In this document: positions 50,988 through 64,000 of the stretch, piece by piece
How the letters are laid out: the number at the start of each line of letters is the position of its first letter
Position numbering within the stretch: the first letter of the stretch is position 1
Source: Centroscyllium fabricii
Taxonomy: Eukaryota
Assembly (NCBI GenBank): GCA_051313645.2
Contig: JBNRSN020000013.1
Coordinates: 90,582,001 to 90,646,000 of the forward strand
Direction: 5' to 3'
Length of the DNA stretch: 64,000 nt
Notes under the pieces: model-generated
What the model was told of the DNA's origin: nothing
The model's input: only the letters and a program-made list of their open reading frames with translations
The model's database searches: none
Made by a program: the position numbers and the translations under genes

Positions 50988-51875
50988 CTGTTTTAGATTT
51001 TCAGAGTATTCAAACTCTCTCTCTGCACAACTCCCAATCACCAACTTTTCCCCTTATATTCCACTCTATATGCTTCTAACACACTTTCTCGATCAACTTT
51101 GTATCTCCCACATGTTTCCCTGCTTCTTTAAGTTTCTTCCCCCACCCTGTTTCTCTTCAGTATGCCTCTCAAGTGTCAGCTTGGCTCAGTTGGTAGCACT
51201 CTTAACTCTGAGTCATAAGGTTGAAGGTTCAAATTCCATTCCAAGATTTGAACATGTACTCTAGAATGGCACTTCTTACCCTCTGTAAAGCACCGTGGGA
51301 ACTTTTCTTCCAAGTTGTTGTTCAGATAAGTGTTCGATTCCGTGGCAACATCCTAGACAAAAATAAAACTCAAGATAGTACTCTTTTTTTTTTCTCCAGG
51401 TTTCAAAAGATTTTTGGTGTACTGGTTGAAAAAGTTGTGTCCATGTTATCAATATTAATTCTTGTGTGTGAAGTGTAACTGTACTACACACAGGTCCCTT
51501 AAGTTAATCAGAATGCAGGGAAGTCAGAAGCAGCATTACAGTTCAATTCCAGATAAAGTAAATGGGATTTAAAAAAGTTTTAGCAATAAAAATCGGAAAA
51601 CAACTGGATTGCCTATGGGTAAGATATGAATTTTTCAGCAGAAATTTTTAAAAACTGAATGTGGTGCCCCTTTTTCTAGCTCAATTTCTCCAATGTCATT
51701 TCTGACACAATAATGAACATGGACACAAACTATAAAACAGCAGTAACATTTTTTTCAATCCCACTTTTTCATCCCCAGTTTATGATACTACTGTAAATCC
51801 ATGATCTTTGACCATTGTGTTGTGATGTATTGTATTGCATTTACTGATGGTAATATTTACTGATATTTTTGACAG

Positions 51876-52102
51876 TCAACGGGCACTTGGCACTGGAAAT
51901 ATGAATCTTCCAAAAGAATCGTGGGCAAACAAAGGACCTACATATGAGGATCTCTACACTCAAAATGTCATCATCAATATGGAGGAACATGATGTTCAGC
52001 ATAAAGTTGTATCTGATGGGAAGCCAACTAAAGAGAGACCAATCTGGATGAGGGAGAGCACTGTCCGAGGAGCCTTTACAGACTTGGAAGAAGTTCAGGA
52101 AG
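51876..52102 (+). CDS. GTF2E1: GTF2E1 third coding exon
   Basis: Acceptor tttttgacag|. Translates (S)QRALGTG...WANKGPTYEDLYTQNVIINM...KERPIWMRESTV. Donor G|gtaagc at 52103; 227 nt; phases consistent. Confidence 0.95.
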
Positions 52103-52456
52103 GTAAGCGATCAGCTTCCATTTCTCTCTCTTCTCATTTATTTGTAAGTTCATCAAAGTAAATACCGATTCTACTGAGGCATAGAATTCTGCTTGTTCAT
52201 TTTAGCTGTTCCTGTGTAAAGAGTATAGTCTCTGTTACCCAATTCTTTTAAATTTCTGTGCTGCTTTTTAGAGATGCTCTTGAAAAAGTAATACAAATTA
52301 CTTGAAGCTATGATTCTCCAGTGCTGTGTTGCAAAAGAGTGGATGAAAAACAGGGATCCAGCTGCTTTGTTTATAATTATAGTCATTGAAAAGATAAGAA
52401 AGCATAATGACCCGGAAAATGACGTATGCTATTAATTACACTGATTAGTTCCCCAA

Positions 52457-52740
52457 TGTCAGCCGTGACTCAGTGGTAGCACTATTGCCTCTGAGTCAGA
52501 AGGCTGTAAGTTCACGATCCACTCTGACTTGAGCACATAATCTAGGCTGAAACTCCAGTGTCGTACTGAGGGAGCGCTGCACTTTCAGAGGTGCTGCACT
52601 TTCAAATAAGACATTAAACTCCAGTGTCTGCCCTCTCTGGTGGGTGTAAAAGATCCCATGGCACTATTTTGAACAGCAGGGGAGTTCTCCAGGTGTCCTG
52701 GCTAATATTTATCCCTCAATCAACATCACTAAAAGATTGA
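52457..52740 (+). mobile_element. DeuSINE-like (SacSINE1-like) element; other fragments at about 34735-34900, 51175-51260 and 53650-53720
   Basis: tRNA-like head plus GTAAAAGATCCCATGGCACTATTT...GGGGAGTTCTCC core. Confidence 0.82.
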
Positions 52741-52744
52741 TACG

Positions 52745-53635
52745 GGCAGAGGTTATGGTCTGAAATTGTTGAACTCGATGTTGAGTCCAGAAGGCTGTAA
52801 AGTGCCTAATCGAAAGATGAGGTGCTGTTCCTCGAGCTTATGTTGAGCTTCATTGGAACAGTGTAAGAGGCCAAGGAGAGAGATGTCAGAGTGGGAGTGA
52901 AGCGGAGAATTAAAGTGACAGGTGACTGGAAGCTCGGGGTCACCCTTACGGACTGAACGGAGGTGTTCTGCAAAGCGGTCACCCAATCTGCATTTGGTCT
53001 CCCCAATGTAGAGGAGACCGCATCGTGAGCAGCGAATACAGTATACTAGATTGCAGAAAGTACACGTAAATCGCTGTTTCACCTGGAGGGAGTGTTTGGG
53101 GCCCTGGACAGTGGGAAGGGAGGAGGTAAAAGGGCATGTGTTGCATCTCCTGCGCTTGCATGGGAACGTGCCGGGGGAAGGGGTGTTGGGTGTGATAGAG
53201 GAGTGGACCAGGGTGTCGTGGAGGGAACGGTCCCTTCAGAATGCTGAAAGGGGAGGTGAGGGGAAGATGTGTTTGGTGGTGGGATCACGCTGGAGGTGGC
53301 GGAAATGGCAGAGGATGACCCATTGAATGTGAAGGCTGGTGGGGTGAAAGGTAAGGACAAGGGGAACCCTATCATGGTTCCGGGACGGAGGGGAAGGGGT
53401 GAGAGCAGAAGTGCGGGAAATAGAACGGACGCGGTCAAGGGCCATGTCAACCACAGAAGCGGGGAATCCTCGGTTGAGGAAAAAGGAAGACTTGTCGGAA
53501 GGATGCATCATCAGAGCAGATGCAGTGGAGACTGAGAAACTGGGAGAATGGAATAGAGTCCTTACAGGAAGCGGGGTGGGAGGAAATGTAGTCCCGGTAG
53601 CTGTGGGAGACGGTGGGCTTATAGTGAATGTTTGT
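52745..53635 (-). mobile_element. Penelope-like retroelement fragment (RT thumb region and GIY-YIG endonuclease)
   Basis: NLVYCIRCSRCGLLYIGETKCRLGDRFAEHL...HFN...EQHLIFRLGTLQPSGLN; upstream HYKPT.SHSY.DY.SSHP...SIPFSQF and VPLVLTFHP; frameshifted. Confidence 0.92.
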
Positions 53636-54424
53636 CTTCCTTTTTCTTTTGGAATTTGAACCCACAACCTTCTGACTCATGAGGCGAGAGCGCTAACAAC
53701 TGAGCTACGGTTGACACTGAGGTTATGAAAGGCACGCTATGAATGCTAGCCTTTCTTTCAATCTTTTTGCTGCAAACCTACTCCAAACTTTCTTGGAAAA
53801 ATAAGTTGAGATACACCACAACGAGTATAATGGCGAATTAGGGAGCTCCGAGACGGTGCAGTCAGTGGCTTATCCCATCTGCATCGAGGCCCAACGGGCT
53901 GACCGGAATTATTCAGATGGGCCTAAACTAATTTCTCCCCCACTCTCACTTTCAGTCGATGGCCTGGACATTTTAGAGCCCTATACTGTGCACGCCTTGT
54001 ACACTAAACCTAACGTGTAATGACAAAGAAGATGGATTTTATCTAAGAATTAAAAATACCATGAGGCTTGGAAGCAGGTTGTAGTCATTTAGATTGCATA
54101 AAAGAAAGCAAGGCATGGGAGGACGGGAGGACTTCCTCTTTAAAGTGTTCTTCCACTTTTCCTTTAAAATGAAATAAATGCGTATTTTTATTGCTATTTA
54201 CGATCTGCCATTGATTTTTGTCAACTTTGTTTTTAAGATTGAGACTGGCATGGCAGGTCTCTTCTCCATTATCTCGCTGCTCTGATTAAGCAGTGTATTG
54301 GGTTAGCCTGTGTGCATCTTGGAGAGGCTCATTGACTTTAATAGAGCGGCACTTTGGACCATCGTGGGCGAGGCTAATCCAAAACTCTGTAAACGGGGAA
54401 ATAAATCTCGACCAGCTGATCACA

Positions 54425-57049
54425 TATAGATACATAGATACATAGATGATAGGAGCAGGAGTAGGCCATTCGGCCCTTCGAGCCTGCTCCGCCATTCAAT
54501 GAGATCATGGCTGATCCTTCAGTTCAGTATCCCGTCCCTGCCTTCTCTCCGTAACCTTTAACCCCTTTTGCCTGCAGAAATATATCTAATTTCCTCTTAA
54601 ATATATTTAATGAGCTGGCGTCCACTGCCCTCTGTGGCAGTGAGTTCCACAGGTTCACCACTCTCTGGGTGAAGAAATTCCTCCTCATCTCTGTCCTAAA
54701 TGGTTTAGCCCTTATCCTTAAACTGTGTCCCCTAGTTCTGTACTCTCCTGCCATCGGAAACATTCCTTCTGCATCTAGTCTGTCCAGGCCTGTCAGAATT
54801 TTATATGTTTCTATGAGATCCCCTCTCAATCTTCTAAACTCCAGTGTGTACATCCCCAAACTACATAGTCTCTCCTCATAGGTCATTCCTGCCATTCCTG
54901 GTATCAGCCTGGTGAATCGCCGCTGCACTCCCTCCATGGCAAGAACATCCTTCCTCAGATGAGGCGACCAAAACTGCACACAGTACTCGAGGTGTGGTCT
55001 CACCAGTGCCCTGTACAGCTGTAGTAAGGTGTCCTTGTTCCTGTATTCTAACCCTTTTGATATGAAGGCCAGCATACCATTTGCCTTCCTGACCGCCTGT
55101 TGCACCTGCATGCTCGCCTTCAATGACTGGTGCACAAGAACACCCAGGTCTCTCTGTACTTCCCCATCTCCCAATCTATTGCCATTTAAATAATAATTTG
55201 CCCTCCCGTTTTTGCCCCCAAGGTGGATAACTTCACACTTATCCACATTATAGTGCATTTGCCATGTATCTGCCCAGTCCCCCAATTTGTCCAAATCGCT
55301 CTGGAGCTTCCTGATCTCTTCTTCTGAGCCTACCCCCCCCCCCCCCCTCCTAGTTTAGTGTCGTCTGCGAATTTGGAGATGCTGCATCCGATTCCCTGAT
55401 CTAGGTCGTTAATATAAATTGTGAACAGCTGGGGACCCAGGACAGATCCCTGAGGTACCCCACTTGTTACTGCCTGCCATTCAGAAAATGAGCCGTTTAT
55501 TCCAACTCTCTGTTTTCTATCTGCCAGCCAGTTCTCTATCCACGTCAATACTTTTCCCCTTATCCCATGAGCCTTGATTTTACATGCTAATCTTTTATGT
55601 GGGACCTTATCGAAGGCTTTTTGGAAGTCCAGGTACACCACATCTACTGGCTCTCCCCCATCTATTTTACCAGTTACTTCCTCAAAGAATTCCAATAGAT
55701 TCGTCAAGCACGATTTACCTTTTGTAAATCCATGTTGACTCTGTCCTATCCTGTCCCCATTTGCCAAGTGCTCTGCTATTACATCCTTAATGATGGACTC
55801 TAGTATTTTGCCCACCACCGATGTAAGGCTTACAGGTCTGTAATTACCTGCTTTTTCCCTACCCCCCTTTTTAAATAGTGGGGTAACGTTAGCAACCCTC
55901 CAATCCATGGGCACTGTTCCCGAGTCTATCGAATTCTGGAAAATTATCCTTAAAGCATCTGCTATCTCTAGGGCCACCTCCTTGAGTACCCTAGGATGCA
56001 TGTTATCAGGCCCTGGGGATTTGTCAGCCTTCAGTCCCTTTAGCTTCCCCAACACCATATCCTTAGAGATATTGATTTTTGTCAGTTCCTCCCTTGCAAT
56101 TGTCCCTATGGTTCCCGATATCTCAGGGAGGTTTTTTGTGTCTTCCTTTGTGAAGACAGACCCAAAATATGCATTTAATTGGTCTGCCATTTCCTTATTT
56201 CCCATTATATATTCCCCAGAATCTGACACTAATGGACCGACTTTGGATTTCACCAGTCTTTTCCTCTTAATATACTTGTAAAAGCTTTTGGAGTTAGTTT
56301 TTATGTTTGCCGCAAGCTTACTTTCGTACGCTATTTTTCCCCTCCTGATTAATCCCTTTGCCCTCCTTTGTTGTATCCTAAACTGTTCCCAATCTTCAGG
56401 TCTGGTGCTTTTTTTGGCTATTTTATATGCTCTTTCTTTGGATTTTATGCTGTCCCTAATTTCCCCTGTTATCCACGGTTGAGTCACCTTTTTAGATTTC
56501 TTTTTATGCCAGATTGGTATAAACAATTTCTGCAATTCTGCCATTCTGTCTTTAAATGCTTGCCATTGTTTATCCACCGCCAGTCCCCCCAGAAACGCTG
56601 CCCAATCAGACTTACTTAATTCCCGTCTCATGGCATCATAATTCCCCTTATTTAAATTCAGGACCTTAGTCTCTGAGTCAGTTTCTTCGCTCTCCATTTC
56701 GAGTGAGAATTCGATCATGTTATGATCGCTCTGACCCAAGGGTCCCCGTACAACAAGATTACTAATTAGTCCCTTCTCATTGCACAGTACCCAGTCCAAG
56801 ATAGCCTGATCCCGAGTTGGTTCCTCGACATATTGATCCAGATAACCATCCCTTAAACACTCAAGGAATTCCTCCTCCTCATTATTTTTACTAATTTGGC
56901 TAGTCCAATCTATATGCAAGTTAAAGTCACCTATGATGACAGCTGAGCTCTTATTGCACGCTTCTCTAATTTCCCTTTTGATGCCCTCCCCTACCTCCAT
57001 ATTACTATTTGGAGGCCTATATACCACTCCTATTAACGTTTTCCGCACA
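54425..57049 (-). mobile_element. Very young CR1 (HER1-like) LINE, 5'-truncated within the endonuclease domain
   Basis: GVVYRPP, IIGDFN, LDWVL, SDH (APE endonuclease); [40 protein letters not shown] (RT). The only lesion is a frameshift in a 15-C run at 55333-55347. (ATCTATGT)n tail. Confidence 0.97.
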
Positions 57050-57211
57050 CGGCTGCATATTTGCCTTGTGCAGATCTTTGAAGCTTATAAGTGCCCTTAA
57101 TCATGTTGTTTGTATTCAATCTGTTGCTATCAGAATAAATGAAATGTATGGAAGTAATTTTTTGGGAAATCTAATTTTGTACAAATGTTCCCCCTGCTGT
57201 GCACATTATAG

Positions 57212-57624
57212 GTGATATGGATGTTGACTCATACCGCGATCACGAGGGGAAAGGAAACCCAATGAAAGCAAATGAAGAAGTCATGCAAACATTGCTCATC
57301 CATGAAAAGAAAAGTACATCTGCAACTGTGGCTGCAGCTGCTGCAATCCCAGCTTCAAATGCCAGTGATTCAGAGAGTGATACTAGTGAATCAGAGGATG
57401 AATCACCTCGACCACAGGCAGCCGCATCATTCCCAGTGGCAGCCGCAGAGGAGGATGAAGAGTTTGAAGAGGTGGAGGATGAGCCAACTGTGTCGGTAGC
57501 AGGACAGCCATATTCATATAGCCAGGTCAGCCAGTGTCTAGAGCTCGTGGCACAGATGACAGCTGAAGAGAAGGAAGCATATATCGCCATGGGGCAAAGA
57601 ATGTTCCAGGATATGTACGACTGA
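57212..57624 (+). CDS. GTF2E1: GTF2E1 last coding exon (acidic C-terminal domain)
   Basis: Acceptor cattatag|. Translates [14 protein letters not shown]...[12 protein letters not shown]...[16 protein letters not shown]...[18 protein letters not shown]. The four exons sum to 1290 nt = 429 aa plus stop. Confidence 0.95.
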
Positions 57625-58429
57625 TCTGTTGTCACAACACAGGAACATTTTTAAAGTCCTTCTATCTTTCCTATGGTTTTATTAGTCAGTGTTTCTACAA
57701 TTTTAATTGTATCTGCCAAAGTGTCAAGAGACAGCATTCCTTTCAACAAAATTACAGGCTGGATTTTAGAAGTATTTCAAGACAAAAGTATTATTTTTAA
57801 GAGGGTAAAAAGCTGCAGTGCCCTATAACTTTGCAATTATGTACTTCACAGGTATTCTTGTTTTTATTGCATACTTCTTTCCTCTCGGTAACACTGAACT
57901 TCATGAAACCACTTTGAGCTGGGACAGTTGAATCAGGCAATTATACTTCTTGTTCAGGCAATAAGAAATGTTTGTCTGGTATAGTGGCCTGGTTCCTGCC
58001 AGTTGGGAACATTTCCCTCTTGTCTCGTGCTCCATCAAGCTGTATGGATAATCACTGATAAAACATGCCCATCTGTCACAGCAAGCACATTTTAAGTGAT
58101 GAGCAGCCATGAGGTTCAAGCTCGCAACCTGCTGGTTTTGGAATCAGTTGCTTATTCAATTGAACTACCAGGCTATCCAGCGCAGAATATTTGTCTCTTG
58201 GTACAAAATGTATGTGTGTGGTTCTTTTTAAAGTAAAACAGTTTGTTTTGGCATTTAGAATAAGCATGATTGAGAGCAAGGGGGATTTGTAAAAACTGGA
58301 AGAGCAGTGTCCCCGCTGAAGAGCAGTCCGTTGGCTGTTTCACGAATATATCCATTTATCCTGCTATTTGTAGGGTAAACCAAATACTGATTGTGCTCAT
58401 AAAATATTTTTTGAAAATTGATCAATCCA

Positions 58430-58830
58430 ACTGCCCCTGCGGTTCAGCAGTTAAATTCTCCATCTCTCAGCCATGCAGACCAGAAATGTTCCAGGTTGAA
58501 TCTCCAGTATGTGCTGAGTTAGTTGATCTGAGTGGGACAGTAGAAAGGATGCTTAAATAGCTGCAGAGCCCCAGCTTAGGTAAACGAACGTCAGCTAGCA
58601 TTCCTGCTTCTGATCACTATTCAGTCGTCCCTACTGAAAGTGCAGACATTTAGACAACGGGTGAGGATTAGGATCAGTTGTGATGCCCTCTGTGGACAGA
58701 CTGCTGCTAGCGTTAAATGTCGAGGCATGGACACTTGCATGAGGTAACAGTAAATGACTGCCATCCCTGAAATTGCACCTCAGTGAGAGTCGATGCCTTG
58801 CGGGGCGGGGGGAGAAAATTTGACAGAAAA
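58430..58830 (+). mobile_element. LF-SINE-like element downstream of the GTF2E1 stop
   Basis: CCAGGTTGAATCTCCAGTATGTGCTGAGTTAGTTGATCTGAG...TTCCTGCTTCTGATCACTATTCAG; family assigned from recall. Confidence 0.55.
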
Positions 58831-59189
58831 GAATTGATCACATGATTTTGTTTAAATCTAAACGAGTAGTTTTTATCTGAAATGAAAATATTTTAAATGT
58901 AATTATTATAGAGCAGTGCAGTTTTTAAATGAGCTGGAAAAGTGCCAAACCATAGTAACCCTGTGTTATAAGCATCAGAGACAAAGCTTAAATGTACAGA
59001 CTGTGTGCGCATGGTCTTTGTATGTGATCTGCCTTCTTAAGCTCCATCTGCAGAATAACAGCTGAGGTTTTGAAATGGTTCAGTAAAGTTTTATTGTTCT
59101 TGGTATCTATGCAGCAGAACATTAATGCAAAGTAAAAATTTTTAATAGTCTTAACACGGTCAGGTTTCAATACCGTACTGCTATTCTAA

Positions 59190-59950
59190 TCTAAACAGAA
59201 AATGCTGGAAATAATCAGCAGGTCAGACAGCATCTGTGGAGAGGGAAACCGAGTAAACGTTTCATCAGATCTGAAACATTGGGTTGGATGTTTACTGGGG
59301 CAGGTTGTGTAGGCAGGGTGGGGGGATGAATTTAGGATGGGGAACCTGAAAGTCTGGGTTTCCCCACATGCTGTGCGCCACAGCGTGTGTCTTCTAGCCC
59401 TGACAGGTTCCCCGCCCGGAAGTCAGGCTGATTGGCAGGCTTGGCTTCCAGTCGGGCAGGGAGCACTCTGGAGGAGGCCGCAGGCCCAGGTAGGTCCGAT
59501 CCCAGGGGGTGGGGGAGCTTAGGGGGCTGGGAGAAAGCACTCCTGCTCCTCCTAGCCAACTTACCTTCTCCCCGAGACTGTCCTCCTCTTGCTGCAGCTA
59601 CTCGGTTTTCCGAGGCCCAGGAAACCCGGCCGGCCACTGCAAATACAAAGCTTCCCACTTTATTAACATACTTAAAATGCCAAGCCACCTCCTGGGTGTG
59701 ATTGGCTGCCAACCCCTTCTCCCACCTCAGTAAAACCCGGAAGTCAGCTGGTTAGAGTCCGCTTCCTGACATGCTCGAAATATTTGCCCATTTAACCCCC
59801 TACCTGCACCCACCCCCACCCGCTCACCATGCTAAAATTCTCTTCATTAACTTGGTTTCTCTTGATGCTGCCTGACCGGCTGAGTGTTTCCAGCATTTTC
59901 TATTTTTATTTCAGATTTCCAGCATCCGCAGTATTTTACTTTTGTTTTAG
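59190..59950. mobile_element. Palindromic short repeat interrupted by a Harbinger-like MITE (about 59281-59846); a half copy lies at 61875-61960
   Basis: Arms GAAAATGCTGGAAATAATCAGCAGGTCAGACAGCATC and GATGCTGCCTGACCGGCTGAGTGTTTCCAGCATTTTC; the insert is flanked by ATT/ATT. Confidence 0.7.
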
Positions 59951-62639
59951 CTGTTCTAATCTAGCTGTTGCAGAAAGTGACATATACAGCCTCACCTTCA
60001 TTTGTGTGTGTTCCCTCATGCTCTCACTTAAATAAGGCCCAATGTAACATTAAGTCTTTTCATAACTCATTATAACCCATAACTGCTTCCACCATCTTGC
60101 TGTGTAATCTGCTTTTTGAGTAGCGGAGCGCTAATGGACCTGCAGTTTGGTTCTGGGGTCAGATTAATATGTTGCAGCCTATAAAACGTGAAAGGAATGT
60201 CTTATCAACTCTCCCAGTAACTCTTACCCTTTCCACCTGTACAATTCTACACAGAGGTTTGAACAAAACACTTACAGGATGATGGAAATATACACAATGG
60301 AAAACTAGAAGATGCATTTGCCAAGTCAGAAATATTTAATTAACATTAAAAACGGTTGAAGTTTTTATAACGGCAGAGGACTTGGCCTATCAAAAAGAGT
60401 ATTAGCTCCTCATGAAGTGTATTTTAATTACATTGTTTATCTGTACAATGGATTCTTGAGAGTGGTGACGATGCTGTAATCTAATGGAGGCGGCTTGGGT
60501 TACATCCAGACTAAGAGTGATCCTGGAGTAGAAATGTAACCTGAATCTTGGGAATAAGCCTTCAAACTCACTCGTTGCTGTCTGTTTGGTTTTATCAGTT
60601 TCTGTGTGACATTAGGTCATGTTTTGTAGCTGGTAATGCATTTTGTGTCTTATGATGCATGATGGTCTTAAAAGGGTATGGATGCCATTACTGCAAGTTT
60701 CTCAGGTACTCTCGGTGGTTGATTGCTAGGAAATGCTCTGTTCTGGTCTGATAAAAGATCACACCAGTGTAATGAACTGTATGTTACTCTTTCCATGCAT
60801 GAAAGAACCACTGCATTGTACAGTTAGTAATGCAATATTGTATTTATTCTACGGGTGTCTTACAGTTACCGAGTGCTGAATTGCAAATAGCTGTTTGTTT
60901 TCATTTTCCACACAGTTGAATATCCGATCTGGAGGCCAAGAGTCAGTCTACTGTCATTAATTCAACAATTGCTTAAGTTAAATTATCTGATGATTCAAGT
61001 TCTTTAGCACTAAAGAACCACTTAGTTGAATCATTTATGTGCATTTAATTCATTATTATTGAATTATTCAAATTTTAGCACAAAATTTGCTTGTCATGAT
61101 TAGATTTTCATTGTTGACACCCATGGAATAAATCACTTCCAAGATAAGTTTTCTAAAGTTCTTTCACCGGTGTTGGGAAAAAGTACCAGAAAAGAGTACT
61201 AGAGTCCATTGGCACTATTTTAATGTCATACTGTGAGCAGGCGAATAGTCCTTAATGCCCAAAGGGGAAAAAATTAAAACTGCATTTAATTTTATTAAAG
61301 ATTTGCAGATTACAAAAATTGCTCAATTCACTGATAGATGTCTACAATCTACATTTTTGAGGGGAAGAAATCCAGACCAGGCAGAAATCTATAAAGTCTG
61401 ATGGGCCAGTGGAAAATGTTTGTTGTACTGCAATGTGCTGCACTTAACTTCTCCATTTAAGTCTACTGGAGTACCCTGTATTTAGATAACTCACTAGCAG
61501 CATCCAGTGGCAAAAATTAAGTACTGCAGTAATCTAGAATATTACTGCTCATTACTATTGCAAGAGTGGATTTTGCACGAGTTAACTATACGTCATGGAA
61601 GGTCAATTGAAAAACATTTTCACATTTCTTATGTAAACATAAATGAATAACTTGGTTTCATCGTAATAAAAATTGGCCCTAATCACTTGCATGCAGTGAC
61701 CAATTATAGTCATTTAGATTGTACAGTACTGCCAAATGAATAAAATATAACCTGTTTTTGAGATCGTGAGGGAAGGTTCTTCACCTCTTCCTTGCTGATA
61801 CAGAAATTCTGCTTTTGCAATCTTTCTAACATCCAGCCCACAGCAGTGAGCAGACAGTCTCACTCTCTCAAATAAAAGACCTGCTGGAAATACTCAGCAG
61901 GTCAGGCAGTATCTATGTAGAGGGAAACAAAGTTAATGTTTCAGGGGTCAATGACCTTTCCCCACTCTCTCAACATGCCTTTCCTATCTTTCTCAAATAC
62001 AGCATTAAACAGAGAAGGTGAATCAATTTCAGTTGTCCTTAATCTCATAAGCACAAGTGTGATTTACCATTATAATGCATACATCCAACAGTACAGAAAA
62101 ATTACTCAGACTTTCAAATATCTTGATTTCCTCTTGGAGCACAGCTCAGAAGATTTGTTCTGATATCTAATTCCTCTGTATAGAGGAACATTGTTTGCAA
62201 CTGTGCTAGGTTTTGGTGGGTGGGGTGGGTGAGAAGGATGTATCGAATTTAAAATGCTTCTACATTAACTTACATGTTCTCAAGCAGGAAGTAAAGCAAG
62301 GGAATTATTTGACAAAGATCTGGAGAAAGGGTTAACATCCTAGCATCACCTCGTGTCCAAAAACCTGAGTAAATTCTAACTTTGTTCAGCTCAACAATAA
62401 GCTTTCTCAGAAGTGGTAAATTATCCACAATTAGAATTAAAATTGTGCTCTTTGAAGAGAATATTCTTTTAAAAACAAAACCACAACCAGTGTCTTTTAC
62501 TTATAGTGCTTTTTATTCAATCAGTTTTGTTTGCTTATATTTGGAAATAAAAGCTTTGCAATATGTTAATTGTGTCAGTAATTGCTTTGGATAAAATTTC
62601 ATTTCACCTGTCTTGCTGAATTTTATCAGTTATCAAATA

Positions 62640-64000
62640 CCACAAAGAGTTTGACACATTCCATAATATAGAAATAGAGGTAGGGAGAACTAAGAGGGCG
62701 TATGGAAAAAACCTTGCAGCCAACATAAAGGGAAATAGTGGTTTTTATAAACACATTAGGTAAAAGAATCATTTAAGGAGGAGGTTGGCCTCTCAAATGA
62801 GCATGGTGAGATAAGGAAATAGCGGAGTTGCTTTATTAATATTTTACCTCAGTATTGACAGAGGAGCAAGAAAGAAGTCTTCAAAGGCTTGTGGATGAGG
62901 AAGTAGGAGGTCAGCCGATTAAATGCATTAGTAAGGAAACTCTTAAAGGGGCGCAAAGTGACCAGGATCAAATGATGTGCTGCTCAAGAACTGTAGGTTA
63001 GTGAGACACGCACCATGATTTTTGAAATTCATTAGAGGTAGGAGCTGTGCCTAAGGATTGAAGGGTGGCATATTTTACCTCTGTTCAGAAATGGGGGGAA
63101 AGGATAAGCAAAGCAACCATCAACCAGCCTCGTCAGTAGCAGGGAAATTACTAGAAACAATAATTAGAGTTAAAACAAATGAATACTTAGAAGGCCATGA
63201 ACTGATTAGAGATGGTTCATGCAGATTAGGGGGAGGCAGTGGCGTAGTGGTTATGTCACTAGACTAGTAAGCCAGAGGCTCAATCAAATGCTCGGAGGAT
63301 ATGGGTTCAAATCCCACCACGGCCGCTGGTGGAATTTAAATTCAATTCAATTTAATTCTTGAATTAAATGTTAGTCTTAGTAATGGCGACCAGGATACCA
63401 TTGTCGATTGTTGCAAAAACCCATCTGGTTCACTAATGTCCTTTAGGGAAGGAAATCTGCCGTCCTTACCTAGTCTGGCCTACATGTGACTCCAGATCCA
63501 CAGCAATGTAGTTGACTCTTAATGCCCTCTGAAATGGCCCTCTGAAATGGCCCAGCGAGCCACTCAGTTGTAAACAACCGCTAGGCAACATTGTGGGTGT
63601 ACCTACACCATATGGACTGCAGCGGTTCAAGAAGACAGCTCACCACCACCTTCTCGAGGGCAATTAGGGATGGGCACTAAATGCAGGCCTAGCCAGCCAG
63701 CGATGCCCACATCCCATCAACGAATAAAAAAAAATAAAAAAAATTGTGAAGGATAGGTCATGATTGACTAACCTGAGAGAAATTTTTGAAAGGATAATGG
63801 TGCATAAGAAATTGAGACAATTAAGGTCCATGGCATGAAAGGTGAAGTGATGGATAGAGTGACAGTTGAAAGGCAGACTGTAAAGGATTGCAGTAAATGG
63901 ACGTTTTTCAGAGTGACAGGTAGTGCTGCAGAGCTGGATGTTGAGACTACTTTTGTTCTCCACGTAAATAAATAATCTGGACTTTGATACTCACCCCTTT
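62640..64000 (+). mobile_element. Highly degraded CR1 ORF2 fragment interrupted by a SINE
   Basis: Residual motifs such as AANIKGN and SVAGKLLETIIR; resumes after about 63740. Confidence 0.65.
63230..63742 (+). mobile_element. tRNA-derived SINE, full length
   Basis: A box TGGCGTAGTGG, B box GGTTCAAATCC, LINE-like 3' tail and A-rich end. Confidence 0.85.

Noticed and set aside
52753-53082. Stand-alone GIY-YIG nuclease gene
   Set aside because: It is contiguous with frameshifted Penelope RT sequence, so it is a retroelement fragment.
57240-57635. Antisense ORF over the last GTF2E1 exon (also 11807-12241)
   Set aside because: These are shadow frames of real coding exons with no independent support.

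Overview
This is eukaryotic, non-mammalian vertebrate DNA. The HE1/V-SINEs with HER1-type CR1 tails and the DeuSINE-like elements point to a cartilaginous fish. The only host protein-coding gene I can support is GTF2E1 (TFIIE-alpha) on the + strand: four coding exons (11813-12260, 48100-48301, 51876-52102, 57212-57624) splice in frame to 429 aa, with a 35.8-kb intron. Almost everything else is transposable element: CR1 LINE fragments (one very young, 2.6 kb), Rex1/Babar, L2, Penelope, several SINE families, and non-autonomous DNA transposons of the pogo/Tigger, hAT and PIF/Harbinger types, often nested. Most ORF-track entries are TE fragments or noise. I see no clearly new gene system. The best leads are (i) a three-way-junction RNA module with compensatory base changes, shared by two CR1 3' UTR types, (ii) Tigger-like MITEs that carry captured cargo and NRF1/YY1-like motif arrays, and (iii) a hAT element whose two copies independently grew different minisatellites at the same site. 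All family assignments come from recognising motifs by eye; no searches were run.
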